From Bdellovibrionales bacterium (lineage in GTDB: Bacteria; Bdellovibrionota; Bdellovibrionia; Bdellovibrionales; JAKFYE01): DNA of 64,000 nt. The translations under genes and the position numbers were made by a program. A model generated the notes under the pieces. The model was not told where the DNA came from. It did not search any database and saw only the letters and a program-made list of their open reading frames with translations. Below are positions 28,792 through 39,194 of the stretch, one piece after another. The stretch is taken from assembly GCA_021731045.1 (NCBI GenBank), contig JAKFYE010000021.1, positions 31,577-95,576 on the forward strand, read 5' to 3'. How positions within the stretch are numbered: position 1 is the stretch's first letter; each line of letters opens with the position of its first letter.

Positions 28792-30135
28792 TTACAATCC
28801 TCCTAAAAATTTATGAATGGATTCGCCGGCGATTTTTCCGTGCTGAACTGAAGTGACCGTGAGATCGCCACCATTTACACAATCTCCTCCAGCATAGACA
28901 CCTTTAAGTGTTGTCTGTTGATTTTCATCCACAACAATTTTGCCCTTAGAAACTTCCAATACTTGAGCCACGTCACCCAAATGAGTTGGTATGAGAGTTT
29001 GACCAATGGCTTTAAAGATCATGTCGGCGTCCATAGTGACCTTTTCACCCAATCCCACAAGCTTATCTTTTTGCAAAGCGGTTCGTTCAAACTCCATGGC
29101 CGTTACGCCTTTTGCATCTTGTAGAATTTTTGAAGGCTGAAGCCAGGTGCGAATGAGAACGCCGGCATTTTTTGCGATCTCGCGTTCGTGCCAAGTGGCC
29201 TTCATTTGTGCTTCGTCGCGGCGATAAACAAGCGTAACTTCTTCTGCGCCCAATTTTTTGACCTGAACCGCAATATCAATTGCGGTATTTCCGCCGCCAA
29301 TCACAACGGCTCGTCTTGGAACCATTAAAGATGATAGATCTTCGGTTTGTCTAAGTTTAGCAATATAGTCTACGGCATCCATAACCCCAGACGCAGTTTC
29401 ACCTTCAACATTCAAAGAATTAGTTCCATTTAAGCCGATACCTAAGAAAACGGCTTCATATTTTTTTCGAAGCGACTCGAGCGTAAAATCACGGCCTAAA
29501 ATTTGGTTGTTGTGAATTTTTATTCCGCCGATCTCTAAAATAAATTGAATTTCCTTTTGAGACCAATCATCGACAACTTTATAAGCGGCGAGACCGTACT
29601 CATTGAGTCCTCCTGATTTTGGTTTGGCTTCAAAAACATCTACGTCATGACCTTTCATTGCTAGGCGGTGTGCACACGACAAGCCTGCAGGGCCGGCTCC
29701 CACAACCGCAATTTTATGTCCTGTTTTAGCGGCTCGAGAAAAAGGCTGAATTTTATTTTTAAACAACCAGTCTGTTGCGTATCTTTGCAACCGACCAATC
29801 GTTACGGGTTTATCTTCAGACGTATTTCGAACACATGCGTTTTCACAGAGAGTTTCAACTGGGCATACACGAGCGCAAGTGCCGCCCATAATATTTTCTT
29901 TTAAAATATCAACGGCTGCACCTTTGATATTTTCTGTAGAAATTTTGCGAATAAAACTGGGAATATCGATATCTGTTGGGCAAGCCTTAATGCAAGGGGC
30001 ATCATAGCAGAAATAACATCTCATACTTTCAATCTGAGATTTTTTAAAATCGAGAGGTGGTGTGATATCACAAAAATTAGCTTCAACCTCAGGTCTTCCT
30101 AGGCGAAACATTTCAATGTCGTGCTGTTCTTTCAT
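28792..30135 (-). CDS. preT: Dihydropyrimidine dehydrogenase subunit PreT (GltD-like)
   Basis: RCYFCYDAPC, CARVCP, GAGPAG, GGGNTA.D and GGD motifs; adjacent to preA. Confidence 0.92.
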   Translation of the reverse strand: MKEQHDIEMFRLGRPEVEANFCDITPPLDFKKSQIESMRCYFCYDAPCIKACPTDIDIPSFIRKISTENIKGAAVDILKENIMGGTCARVCPVETLCENACVRNTSEDKPVTIGRLQRYATDWLFKNKIQPFSRAAKTGHKIAVVGAGPAGLSCAHRLAMKGHDVDVFEAKPKSGGLNEYGLAAYKVVDDWSQKEIQFILEIGGIKIHNNQILGRDFTLESLRKKYEAVFLGIGLNGTNSLNVEGETASGVMDAVDYIAKLRQTEDLSSLMVPRRAVVIGGGNTAIDIAVQVKKLGAEEVTLVYRRDEAQMKATWHEREIAKNAGVLIRTWLQPSKILQDAKGVTAMEFERTALQKDKLVGLGEKVTMDADMIFKAIGQTLIPTHLGDVAQVLEVSKGKIVVDENQQTTLKGVYAGGDCVNGGDLTVTSVQHGKIAGESIHKFLGGL

Positions 30136-31620
30136 TTATTTTCCTACCGCAACAGAATGTTTGTTGTAGAGCTCATCTTTTTCTAACACGGTTGTTCCGC
30201 GCATAAATATCCAGTACGCAAAGCCAGAAAGGAACAACCCGATAAACCATGCATAATTGTAAAGGTGAACGACTTCGGTGGGTACGGCGCCTTCTGGTAA
30301 CATATGAATTTGTGCAAAGAAGCCGGGAACATTAGGTAAAATGCCAACAAGGAGTGCGCCCATCGCGCGCCAATTAACACCGCTATGATAGGTGTACTGA
30401 CCTTTATTTTTGTATAGGTCCTCAACCTTGATTTTGCGTTGTTTAGTAATATAAAAATCGACGAGTAAAATTCCACATATAGGACCTAACAAAGCGGAGT
30501 AGCCAATGAGCCAGGTAAAAATATATCCGGTGGGATCTTCGATCAACTTCCAGGGCATAATTAAGATTCCTACGACTCCGGTAATCAATCCTCCGATGCG
30601 AAAATTAATACGTTTAGGATTCATATTTGCAAAATCATTTGCGGGGCCGACAACGTTAGCGGCAACATTGGTTGAAAGGGTTGCAATTAAAACGGCAAAC
30701 ATTGAAATCAAAACGACAAAAGGATTATCGAACTTACGAATGAGAAGCACGGGATCCCAAATCGCTTCTCCAAAAATCACAAGTGAAGCGCTCGTCACCG
30801 CAATTCCAATAAATGCAAACAGAGTCATGGTTGTAGGAAGACCCCAAGCCTGCCCCCAGGCTTGAGCTTTCTGATCTTTTGCATAACGTGTGAAATCAGG
30901 AATATTCAAGCTTAAGGTTGCCCAAAATCCAACCATACCCGTCAGTGCGGGCCAGAAAAATACTGAGAATTCCTCAAAGGTTTGAAATTTTGATGGCGTA
31001 TTAAGCATAGGACCCCAACCATCGGCGCGAACATACGCCCAAACAAGAAGGGCAAGCCCTGCAGCAATAAGAAAAGGGGCAGATAAAGCTTCGAGCCATT
31101 TGATAGAATCAAGGCCTTCCCAAATAAAATAAATATTAATAATCCAAAAAACTAGGAAGCATAGAAAAGGAACGAGTCCCACACTCAAAGGAGCCGGTAA
31201 CATTCCGCCAAATTCAACGGCTCCCGGCCAGATAACAAGTACCATGGAGTAAATTGCTGAACCCCCAATCCATGTTTGAATACCAAACCAACCACACGCC
31301 ACGATCGCACGTAAGAACGCCGGAATATTTGATCCTTTTATTCCAAAACTTGCGCGTGCAAAAATTGGAAACGAAATTCCATATTTCGCGCCTACGTGAC
31401 CGACTAAAATCATAGGAATAAGAACGATTGTATTTCCGATACAAACTGTCGCTAAGGCTTCAAGCCAACTCATGCCGCCACCGATGAGCGAAGCCGCCAT
31501 CATATATGTGGGAATACAAACAGCCATTCCGACCCACAAAGAAAAAAAATGAAACGTATTCCAGGTTCTTTTTTCTGGAGGAACAGGCGCAAGATCGTGA
31601 TTAGTTAGATTTGTATCCAT
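30136..31620 (-). CDS. NCS1 nucleobase:cation symporter
   Basis: RTW..SLWVGM, YGI.FP..ARASFG, ACGWFGIQTW and NIPDFTRYA motifs; start 31620 (MDTN) overlaps the upstream stop. Confidence 0.93.
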   Translation of the reverse strand: MDTNLTNHDLAPVPPEKRTWNTFHFFSLWVGMAVCIPTYMMAASLIGGGMSWLEALATVCIGNTIVLIPMILVGHVGAKYGISFPIFARASFGIKGSNIPAFLRAIVACGWFGIQTWIGGSAIYSMVLVIWPGAVEFGGMLPAPLSVGLVPFLCFLVFWIINIYFIWEGLDSIKWLEALSAPFLIAAGLALLVWAYVRADGWGPMLNTPSKFQTFEEFSVFFWPALTGMVGFWATLSLNIPDFTRYAKDQKAQAWGQAWGLPTTMTLFAFIGIAVTSASLVIFGEAIWDPVLLIRKFDNPFVVLISMFAVLIATLSTNVAANVVGPANDFANMNPKRINFRIGGLITGVVGILIMPWKLIEDPTGYIFTWLIGYSALLGPICGILLVDFYITKQRKIKVEDLYKNKGQYTYHSGVNWRAMGALLVGILPNVPGFFAQIHMLPEGAVPTEVVHLYNYAWFIGLFLSGFAYWIFMRGTTVLEKDELYNKHSVAVGK

Positions 31621-32920
31621 ATTTTTTCTCCACTTCAAAAAGTGAGGCATCAATAATGTTGATCATCTCTTCGATTTGTTTTCGATTGATCGAAATAGGT
31701 GGCGCAATTCTCAAAACATTTCCAAAGAGGCCACCTTTGCCTAGCAAGAGGCCTTTCTCTTTACAAAGGTCCATAAGCTCTGCACACTCTTCAGTCGCGT
31801 AAACTTTAGAGACAGGATCTTTTACAAGTTCAACGCCGATTAATAATCCACGGCCTCGGACATCGCCGATAAGGGGATGCGTTTTCATCATAGACTTAAG
31901 ACTATTCATCAAAAATTGGCCTTGAGTGCGTGCGTTCTCAATTAAATTGTCTTCTTTGATAATATCAAGAGTCATGCGAGCTTGCACAACCGGGTAAGGA
32001 TCTCCACCAAAAGTATTAAAATAAAGTTTTCCGCTCATCGACGACGCCACATCGCTTTTACAAATAAGACCACCAATTGCCGCACCATTGCCCATGCCTT
32101 TAGCCATCGTGACAATATCCGCATCAATTTTAAGTTCTTTACTTAAGAGATAGTTTCCACCGCAACGGCCGGCACCTGTTTGAACTTCATCCGAAATATA
32201 TTTTCCGCCGTAATTGTGAACAATACGTGTGACTTCCTTAAAATATTCGGGAGGCGGAGTAACAAACCCACCAACACCCATAACGGGTTCACAAATCATG
32301 GCCGCAATTTTACCATGACTACTCGTTTGAATTGTTGTCTCAACATTTTTTGCGCACTCTAATGCGCAACTATCAGGCTTTTTTCCAAACGGACAACGAT
32401 AACAGTAAGGGGCCTCTGCCGAAATTACGTTAGCAACAGGCTGTGCACGAAAGCGCCATGTATTATGACCACAAACCGCAAGTGTACCAGAAGTTCCTCC
32501 ATGGTAACTATGGCGCAGATGCAGAATCATAGATTCTCCCGTTGTTTGACGGGACATCATAAACGCGAGTTCATTGGCTTCAGATCCAGAATTAGTAAAT
32601 GAAACGCGATCGAGGCCTTCAGGTGCTTCTTGCAGTAAACGATCTGCAAGCTCAACAACATGTTTACTGAGATACAGCAAACTTGTGTGTTGGATTTCGT
32701 CGTTTTCTAACATTTGCATGAGGGCTTTTTTAATTTTAGGGTGGTTATGGCCGACAGAAATACAAACAATTCCACCGATACCATCAAGATACTGTCTGCC
32801 GGTTTCATCCCAAACATATTCTCCTTTAGCCTTTACAAGTTGAATCGGAATTTTGTGATAAATAGCGGCAGTTGGTAAAAAATGTTTTCTGCGCTTATCA
32901 ATGATGTCTTCTTTTTGCAT
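31601..32920 (-). CDS. Class-III PLP aminotransferase (beta-alanine / AGXT2-PYD4-like)
   Basis: SGSEANE, YHG, DEVQTG, MAKG and FNTFGG motifs; operon context. Confidence 0.9.
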   Translation of the reverse strand: MQKEDIIDKRRKHFLPTAAIYHKIPIQLVKAKGEYVWDETGRQYLDGIGGIVCISVGHNHPKIKKALMQMLENDEIQHTSLLYLSKHVVELADRLLQEAPEGLDRVSFTNSGSEANELAFMMSRQTTGESMILHLRHSYHGGTSGTLAVCGHNTWRFRAQPVANVISAEAPYCYRCPFGKKPDSCALECAKNVETTIQTSSHGKIAAMICEPVMGVGGFVTPPPEYFKEVTRIVHNYGGKYISDEVQTGAGRCGGNYLLSKELKIDADIVTMAKGMGNGAAIGGLICKSDVASSMSGKLYFNTFGGDPYPVVQARMTLDIIKEDNLIENARTQGQFLMNSLKSMMKTHPLIGDVRGRGLLIGVELVKDPVSKVYATEECAELMDLCKEKGLLLGKGGLFGNVLRIAPPISINRKQIEEMINIIDASLFEVEKKYGYKSN

Positions 32921-32923
32921 AGT

Positions 32924-33790
32924 CTATAGATCCGTCATTCGTGTGTAGGTTTCAGGTCGACGATCGCGGTAAAATTGCCATAAATCTCGCACCTCGCGAA
33001 TTTCGTCGAAGTTAAGATCTGAAATTAGCAACTCATCTTTATCTTTTGAAGCTTGAGCTACGATTTTTCCACGGGGGCTTGCAAAATAACTCGAACCATA
33101 GAATTCGCCGATATTCCAAGGCGCTTCTTTACCAACACGATTGATGGCACCCACAAAGTATCCATTAGCTGCGGCGTGAGCGGGTTGTTCAAGCTCCCAC
33201 AAATATTGTGAAAGGCCTTGTACGGTTGCGGAAGGGTTAAAAACAATTTCGGCCCCATTTAATCCTAAAATTCGGGCCCCTTCGGGAAAGTGGCGATCGT
33301 AACAAATATAAACACCAACATTTCCGTAAGCGGTTTTGAAGACTGGGTAATCGAGATTTCCCGGTTTAAAAAAGAATTTTTCCCAAAAACCTGCGACTTG
33401 CGGAATATGATTTTTGCGATATTTGCCCAGATATTTTCCATCAGCATCAATAACGGCAGCGGTATTATAATACACACCCGTCATTTCAACTTCGTAAATA
33501 GGAACAACGATAACCATTTTAAATTTTTTAGCATAGTCCTGCATGAGTTTGGTGGTCGGACCATCAGGAATACTTTCAGCAAGACCGTACCATTTTATAT
33601 CTTGCGAAGGACAAAAATAAGGACCGGTGAAAATTTCTTGAAAACAGAGCATTTGCACTCCGGCCTTTCCCGCTTTTTCGATTAGAGGAATATGGGCTTC
33701 AATCATACCGTTACGGTGTTTTTCACAAGATTCTTCTGTCGGAACCTTGTTAGCCATTTGAATCAGAGCTGCTTTTACAATTCGGGACAT
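32924..33790 (-). CDS. Beta-ureidopropionase (nitrilase superfamily)
   Basis: CFQE, YRKNHIP, EKFFFKPGN and YICYDRHFPE catalytic E-K-C triad motifs. Confidence 0.92.
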   Translation of the reverse strand: MSRIVKAALIQMANKVPTEESCEKHRNGMIEAHIPLIEKAGKAGVQMLCFQEIFTGPYFCPSQDIKWYGLAESIPDGPTTKLMQDYAKKFKMVIVVPIYEVEMTGVYYNTAAVIDADGKYLGKYRKNHIPQVAGFWEKFFFKPGNLDYPVFKTAYGNVGVYICYDRHFPEGARILGLNGAEIVFNPSATVQGLSQYLWELEQPAHAAANGYFVGAINRVGKEAPWNIGEFYGSSYFASPRGKIVAQASKDKDELLISDLNFDEIREVRDLWQFYRDRRPETYTRMTDL

Positions 33791-33804
33791 ACCATTTTCT
33801 CCTT

Positions 33805-35202
33805 TTACTCAGTGATACACGGCGTGTGATCTAATTTTTTTCTTGGTAAGAATTTTCCAAAACCTTTTTTAAGTAAAAACTTTCCATCTTGAACTGCGAT
33901 TTGACCGCGCAAAATTGTTGTCTGACATTTGCCCTGTACTTGCCAACCCTCATATGCGGAGTAATCACAATTCATATGATGAGTTTTTGAAGATAGTGTG
34001 TGTTTTTGATTAGGATTTAAAATCACGATATCGGCATCTGAACCCACGGCAATAGTCCCTTTTTGCGGGAACAATCCAAATATTTTTGCGGCTTGAGTTG
34101 AGGTGACATCTACAAATTTATTTAAAGATAACCGTTTTTTCATTACACCTTCAGAAAACATAAGCTCCATACGGTGTTCAATTCCTGGCATGCCATTAGG
34201 AATTTTTGAAAAATCATTTTCTCCCATTTTCTTTTGATCCATACAAAAAGGGCAATGATCTGTGGCAACAACTTGAATAAGATTTTGATTAATGCCGTTC
34301 CAAAGTGCGAGTTGATCTTTTTTGGTTCGCAGTGGGGGACTCATAACCCACTTAGATCCTTCAAATCCTTGGTCATACAAGGAGGCATCAAGCAAAAGAT
34401 ATTGTACGCACGTCTCAACAAAAACTTTTTGATTGCGTTTTGTAGCTTCGCGCACTCGGTTCAGCGCAGACTCTGCGGTCATATGCACCACGTACACAGG
34501 ATGTTTGCCTGAAAATGCCATGTCTAAAAACCGCCCGGTGGCTTCGGATTCTGCAATATCAGGTCGGGTGAGCGCATGGTATTTGGGTTCGGTTTGTTTG
34601 TTTTTTCGTGCTTCTTGTACGAGAGAATCAATAATGTCACCATTCTCTGCGTGAGTCGTGACCATACCACCATGTTTTTTGACTTCTTTCATGAGCTCAA
34701 CCATTTGACGGTCATCCACCATCAATGCTCCTTTGTAAGCCATAAAGGTTTTAAAAGAGGTCACGCCTTGCTTTTCAACGAGGTCGCGGATTTCTGCACG
34801 GGTAGTTTCGTTAAAATCTGTCACCGCCATATGAAAAGCGTAGTCGACGGCGGCCTTGCCGTTTGCTTTTTCCATCCACTGGTTAAAAGCAGTTCCGAGA
34901 GTGTCACCTTGAGTTTGAATTGCAAAATCGATAATGCTCGTTGTGCCGCCATGTAGGGCCGCGATAGATCCAGATTCAAAATCATCGCTGGAGGATGTTC
35001 CCATAAACGGAAGATCTAAATGAGTGTGCGCATCGATTCCCCCAGGAAAAACAAATTGCCCTGTGGCATCGAGCGTTTTGTCCGCGGTCATATTTAGGTT
35101 TTGGCCAAGAGCTGAGATTTTTTCGCCACTGATAAAAACATCCCCTACAAATTGATCGGTTGCGGTTACAACGGTTCCGTTTTTTATTAAAAGCGTACTC
35201 AT
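33805..35202 (-). CDS. hydA: Dihydropyrimidinase
   Basis: PGGIDAHTH, GGTT..IDF, SFK.FMAYK, HAENG, MSPPLR, TDHCPF and IPNG motifs. Confidence 0.95.
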   Translation of the reverse strand: MSTLLIKNGTVVTATDQFVGDVFISGEKISALGQNLNMTADKTLDATGQFVFPGGIDAHTHLDLPFMGTSSSDDFESGSIAALHGGTTSIIDFAIQTQGDTLGTAFNQWMEKANGKAAVDYAFHMAVTDFNETTRAEIRDLVEKQGVTSFKTFMAYKGALMVDDRQMVELMKEVKKHGGMVTTHAENGDIIDSLVQEARKNKQTEPKYHALTRPDIAESEATGRFLDMAFSGKHPVYVVHMTAESALNRVREATKRNQKVFVETCVQYLLLDASLYDQGFEGSKWVMSPPLRTKKDQLALWNGINQNLIQVVATDHCPFCMDQKKMGENDFSKIPNGMPGIEHRMELMFSEGVMKKRLSLNKFVDVTSTQAAKIFGLFPQKGTIAVGSDADIVILNPNQKHTLSSKTHHMNCDYSAYEGWQVQGKCQTTILRGQIAVQDGKFLLKKGFGKFLPRKKLDHTPCITE

Positions 35203-35212
35203 ATAATCTCCT

Positions 35213-36670
35213 TTACCAAATGCTTGAGTCTTTCATCCATCGTTGGATTGTCACTTTTGTATCAGTGAAAAAGCCAACACTGCTCGCGCCATGAGCTTTA
35301 ATGTCTCCATAAAAAGAATGTTTTGATCCACCAAATGAGAAAAAGGCCATTGGTGCCGGAACACCGATGTTAATACCAATCATACTTGGATCGACCTCGT
35401 AAGAAAACTTTCGAGCCGCAGCTCCAGATGTTGTAAATAGGGTGGTCGTGTTCGCGTATGGAGAGTTATTGATAATACTGATGGCTTCATCAAAAGATTG
35501 CACTTCACCCAAACACACAACCGGCCCAAACACTTCTTCTTGTGCGATTTTCATTTCTGGTCGAATTCCAGTTAAAATTGTTGGGCGCAAAAAGTTTCCG
35601 GAAAGATGATCAACGTTTTGTCGCCCATCCAAAAGAACTTTTGCTCCCTCATCAATCGCGGATTGAATGAGATCTTTCACACGTTGCTTTGCTTGCGGAG
35701 AGATCAACGGGCCCATATTTGTTTTGGGATCAAGTCCATCGCCAATTGTAATTTCGCTTGCGAGACGCGTGATGCGCTCTTCGACTTCTTGATGTGTTTT
35801 ATGACCGACGGATAAAATCACGCTACCGGCGAGACATCTTTCTCCAGCACAACCGATAATAGATTCTAGCGCAGTCGCGCAAGCTTTATCCATTAAGGCA
35901 TCTGGCAATACAACCATAAAGTTTTTAGCGCCGCCCAAGGCTTGTACTCTTTTACCATGGCTAGTTCCTAATTCATAAACATGTTTCGCCACTGGTGTAG
36001 AGCCTACAAATGATAAACCTTGAACTTTCGGATGTGTGCAAAGCGCATCTACAACTTCTTTTCCACCCTGAACCATGTTCATCACGCCTGGAGGAAAACC
36101 AGCTTTTTGAATCAACTCAAAAATCTTTTGTTGGGTTAAGGGAACACGTTCGCTTGGTTTTAAAACAAAAGTGTTTCCACAAGCAACCGCGAAGGGCCAA
36201 AACCAAAACGGTACCATGGCGGGAAAATTAAAAGGAACAATCCCCGCGAACACTCCCATCGGACGTTTGATCGCAATACAATCAATTCCGGCCGCGATGT
36301 CTTCAAAGCCTTGACCCATCATGAGGCTTGGAATTCCGCAAGCGGTATCCACCATTTGGATTCCACGATTCACGCTGCCTTTGGCTTCTACTGTTGTTTT
36401 TCCATTTTCTAGAGTTACGAGCTTAGCTAGTTCGGTAACATTTTCTTCAAGGAGCGATTTAAATTTAAAAAGATATTGCACGCGTTCTTGTGCTGGAACT
36501 TGGCGCCAAGTTAAAAATGCAGATTGGGCTGATTCCACAGCGCGATCGACATCATCTGAAGTTCCAAGTGGACACTGCTCAAGAACTTTATTATTTGCAG
36601 GATTGATAATGTCGACGCTTTTTTTGCCTGTGCTGTTAACCCATTCTCCATGAATAAAATTGCGAATCAT
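35213..36670 (-). CDS. mmsA: CoA-acylating (methyl)malonate-semialdehyde dehydrogenase
   Basis: PFNFPAM, LKPSE, FVGST, KRVQALGGAKN, AGERC and EEVFGP motifs. Confidence 0.93.
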   Translation of the reverse strand: MIRNFIHGEWVNSTGKKSVDIINPANNKVLEQCPLGTSDDVDRAVESAQSAFLTWRQVPAQERVQYLFKFKSLLEENVTELAKLVTLENGKTTVEAKGSVNRGIQMVDTACGIPSLMMGQGFEDIAAGIDCIAIKRPMGVFAGIVPFNFPAMVPFWFWPFAVACGNTFVLKPSERVPLTQQKIFELIQKAGFPPGVMNMVQGGKEVVDALCTHPKVQGLSFVGSTPVAKHVYELGTSHGKRVQALGGAKNFMVVLPDALMDKACATALESIIGCAGERCLAGSVILSVGHKTHQEVEERITRLASEITIGDGLDPKTNMGPLISPQAKQRVKDLIQSAIDEGAKVLLDGRQNVDHLSGNFLRPTILTGIRPEMKIAQEEVFGPVVCLGEVQSFDEAISIINNSPYANTTTLFTTSGAAARKFSYEVDPSMIGINIGVPAPMAFFSFGGSKHSFYGDIKAHGASSVGFFTDTKVTIQRWMKDSSIW

Positions 36671-36826
36671 AATCCCTCCGATTCCGCTTTTTCTAAATAT
36701 AATTTATGTGACTCTTCGTTATTTCAGCGTCGTTTTAAGAATGCAATAATATTGCGCACACAGCTAAAATCCTAACTAAATTCAGCGTCATTCTGCGCTG
36801 CGCTGACATAAAGTTTTGGTAAAGAA

Positions 36827-37909
36827 TTATTTCTCTACAGACGGAGACATGAGTCCAAATCTTTGCGCCACCGCGGGCCAAATTTGGAGAAGAGAAATCG
36901 TAACGGCAGCTAGAATAGGACCCAGAAAAACTCCCATAATACCAAAAAGTCCAATGCCTCCAAAAATCGCAACCAAACTTACGAGCGGATGCATATTGCT
37001 TCGGCCTTTAAGAACAAGAGGACGAACAAAATTATCTATGATGCCGGCCAATAATCCAAAAATAATCATGACAATGACTTTACTGAAAGATTCTTGAGCG
37101 TAAAGATAAGCGGCGCCCACAATCCAAACAGGCGCACTTCCTAGAAGCGGAATCCATGCAAAAATAAAAGTTGCTCCTGCGGCAAGATAACTTCCCGGAA
37201 CACCTAAAATTAAATAAGCCAAAAAAATCACCGCACTCTGCGCGGCTCCGGCGGCCAATGTCGCCCAAATACTCGCGATTGCCATATCTCTGAATGAATT
37301 CACGACGCGTTTACGAACGTCATTGTCTAAAGGAATGCGATCCTTCATCCACAAAAGAAAACGATTTCCGTCGAGTAGCATAAAAAAGCAAGAGATAGAA
37401 GCCAGTGCGAGTTGCAAGATGATATTGGGAAGATAAGCTACGATTCCAAGAATAATACCCGTCGCTGTTTTGCCGGCACTTTGAATCCAACCATGGGCCG
37501 TTGTTTTTAATTCTTGAGGGTCTGCGCCCACAATATCTACTAACGGAGAATTATTGAGTTTCTCCATAATAGACTCTAAGGAAAGAGCTTCGGTCTCTGA
37601 AATAATTTTGGCAACGGCGATACCCTGCTTAATGGCTAAACTTATAAAAATTGAGATAGGGATAATCACGAGAAGCACAATTCCTAAAGTCACAATGAGC
37701 GAAGAGACCTGAGGCCACCACCCTTTTGCACGTAATTTTTTATATAACGGATTGGCAAGTAGTGCGAGTATTCCGCCACTAATGATCGAAAGCAAATACG
37801 GGTAGATCATCCAAAAACAAGCGAGAATAACGAGTAAAAGCAGAGTTAAAAAAACAACTAACGTTGTGCGTTTTTGATTATTGCTGTCCCCATTATTTTC
37901 CAAGATCAC
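36827..37909 (-). CDS. AI-2E family transporter
   Basis: Multi-TM; IP.LG, IDNFVRP and GG...FG..G.FLGP motifs; GTG start with GAG RBS. Confidence 0.9.
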   Translation of the reverse strand: MILENNGDSNNQKRTTLVVFLTLLLLVILACFWMIYPYLLSIISGGILALLANPLYKKLRAKGWWPQVSSLIVTLGIVLLVIIPISIFISLAIKQGIAVAKIISETEALSLESIMEKLNNSPLVDIVGADPQELKTTAHGWIQSAGKTATGIILGIVAYLPNIILQLALASISCFFMLLDGNRFLLWMKDRIPLDNDVRKRVVNSFRDMAIASIWATLAAGAAQSAVIFLAYLILGVPGSYLAAGATFIFAWIPLLGSAPVWIVGAAYLYAQESFSKVIVMIIFGLLAGIIDNFVRPLVLKGRSNMHPLVSLVAIFGGIGLFGIMGVFLGPILAAVTISLLQIWPAVAQRFGLMSPSVEK

Positions 37910-38008
37910 CTCGTGAATATCTTATTAACGAGATTCTGCGATTTAGGGAACATATTTCTGAAAAGTAAATAGTCAGTCATAAAAAAGGCGTCTTTAACAC
38001 GCCAAATT

Positions 38009-39118
38009 CTACTTTTTATAACTAATACGATAGACGGCACCGGCTTGATCGTCTGAAACAAGTAGTGAGCCATCATCCAAAACTTCAATATCAACGGGGC
38101 GTCCTACGACTTTTTCTTTAGATAGCCAGCCTTCCGCAAAGATTTCGTATTTGGTCGCTTTACTGTTGCGCACGCGTACAAGACTCACGCGATAGCCTTG
38201 AGGTTCCTTGCGATTCCAAGAGCCGTGCTCAGCAATAAAAATTTGATTACGGTATTCTTTCGGAAACATTGTTCCCGTATAAAAACGCATACCTAACGCT
38301 GCTACGTGTGCCGGAATTTTTTGTTGCGGAGCTGTACTATCTTTGCATTCACCCAATGAACCAAACTCGGGATCTTTGATTTCTCCAGCATGACAAAAAG
38401 GATAACCAAAGTGTTCTTCTTTTTTTGTAACGGTATTTAATTCTTCAGGAGGAATGTCGTCTCCTAAATTATCGCGGCCGTTTTCTGTAAACCAAAGTTG
38501 TCGTGACGAAGGCTCAAAATCAAAACCGACCGTATTGCGGATTCCCTTTGCTACCAATTCTTTTGATGCCGAACCTTTAGGATTAATTTTAAAAATCGAA
38601 GCAAAATCTTTTCCAGGATTACATACATTGCATGGAGCTCCTACAGGTATGTACAACTGCTCGTCAGGACCAAAGCGAATAAATTTCCATCCATGGTGTT
38701 CTTTATCAGGGAAAGTTTGAGTCAAAGGCGTCAATTGTGGTGGCTTAGTAATCAAGTTATCTATGTTTTCTGCTCGTAAGATACGGCTGATCTCCGCAAT
38801 ATAAAGAGTGTTATTTTTATATGCGACGCCGTTTGGCGTTTTTAAATCCTCGTAAAGAATGGTCACGTCTTCTGCATAGTGATCTGCATCTTTATCTTGC
38901 ACGGCATACACCCGCCCAATGTCCTTTGTCCCTACGTAGAGAATTCCGTTCGGCCCAAGAGCCATTGAGCGCGCGCCAGGAACAATCGCATAGAGGTCAA
39001 TTTTAAAATGTTTCGGCAATTTAAGTCCTGATGGACGCCCCCAGACTTTATGGCTAACGAATAGAAGTAAAGTCAGAATAATTAGTAACGTTATGATGTT
39101 CGATCTTCTTAAAACCAT
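38009..39118 (-). CDS. PQQ-dependent sugar / sorbosone dehydrogenase (beta-propeller)
   Basis: HHGWK, GAPCN.C, GIRN.VG, NGRD, AEHGSWNR and GRPVD motifs. Confidence 0.9.
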   Translation of the reverse strand: MVLRRSNIITLLIILTLLLFVSHKVWGRPSGLKLPKHFKIDLYAIVPGARSMALGPNGILYVGTKDIGRVYAVQDKDADHYAEDVTILYEDLKTPNGVAYKNNTLYIAEISRILRAENIDNLITKPPQLTPLTQTFPDKEHHGWKFIRFGPDEQLYIPVGAPCNVCNPGKDFASIFKINPKGSASKELVAKGIRNTVGFDFEPSSRQLWFTENGRDNLGDDIPPEELNTVTKKEEHFGYPFCHAGEIKDPEFGSLGECKDSTAPQQKIPAHVAALGMRFYTGTMFPKEYRNQIFIAEHGSWNRKEPQGYRVSLVRVRNSKATKYEIFAEGWLSKEKVVGRPVDIEVLDDGSLLVSDDQAGAVYRISYKK

Positions 39119-39141
39119 AGAGCCCTCATGTTGTAATATTA

Positions 39142-39157
39142 AGCAATGCTAATGCCA
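39142..39157 (-). promoter_or_regulatory. Putative sigma54 promoter of the sugar dehydrogenase gene
   Basis: Minus strand reads TGGCATTAGCATTGCT, upstream of a GAGGG RBS. Confidence 0.6.
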
Positions 39158-39194
39158 CTTCAAGCAGCAAATCCAATCTTATAGTAACAAGTTA

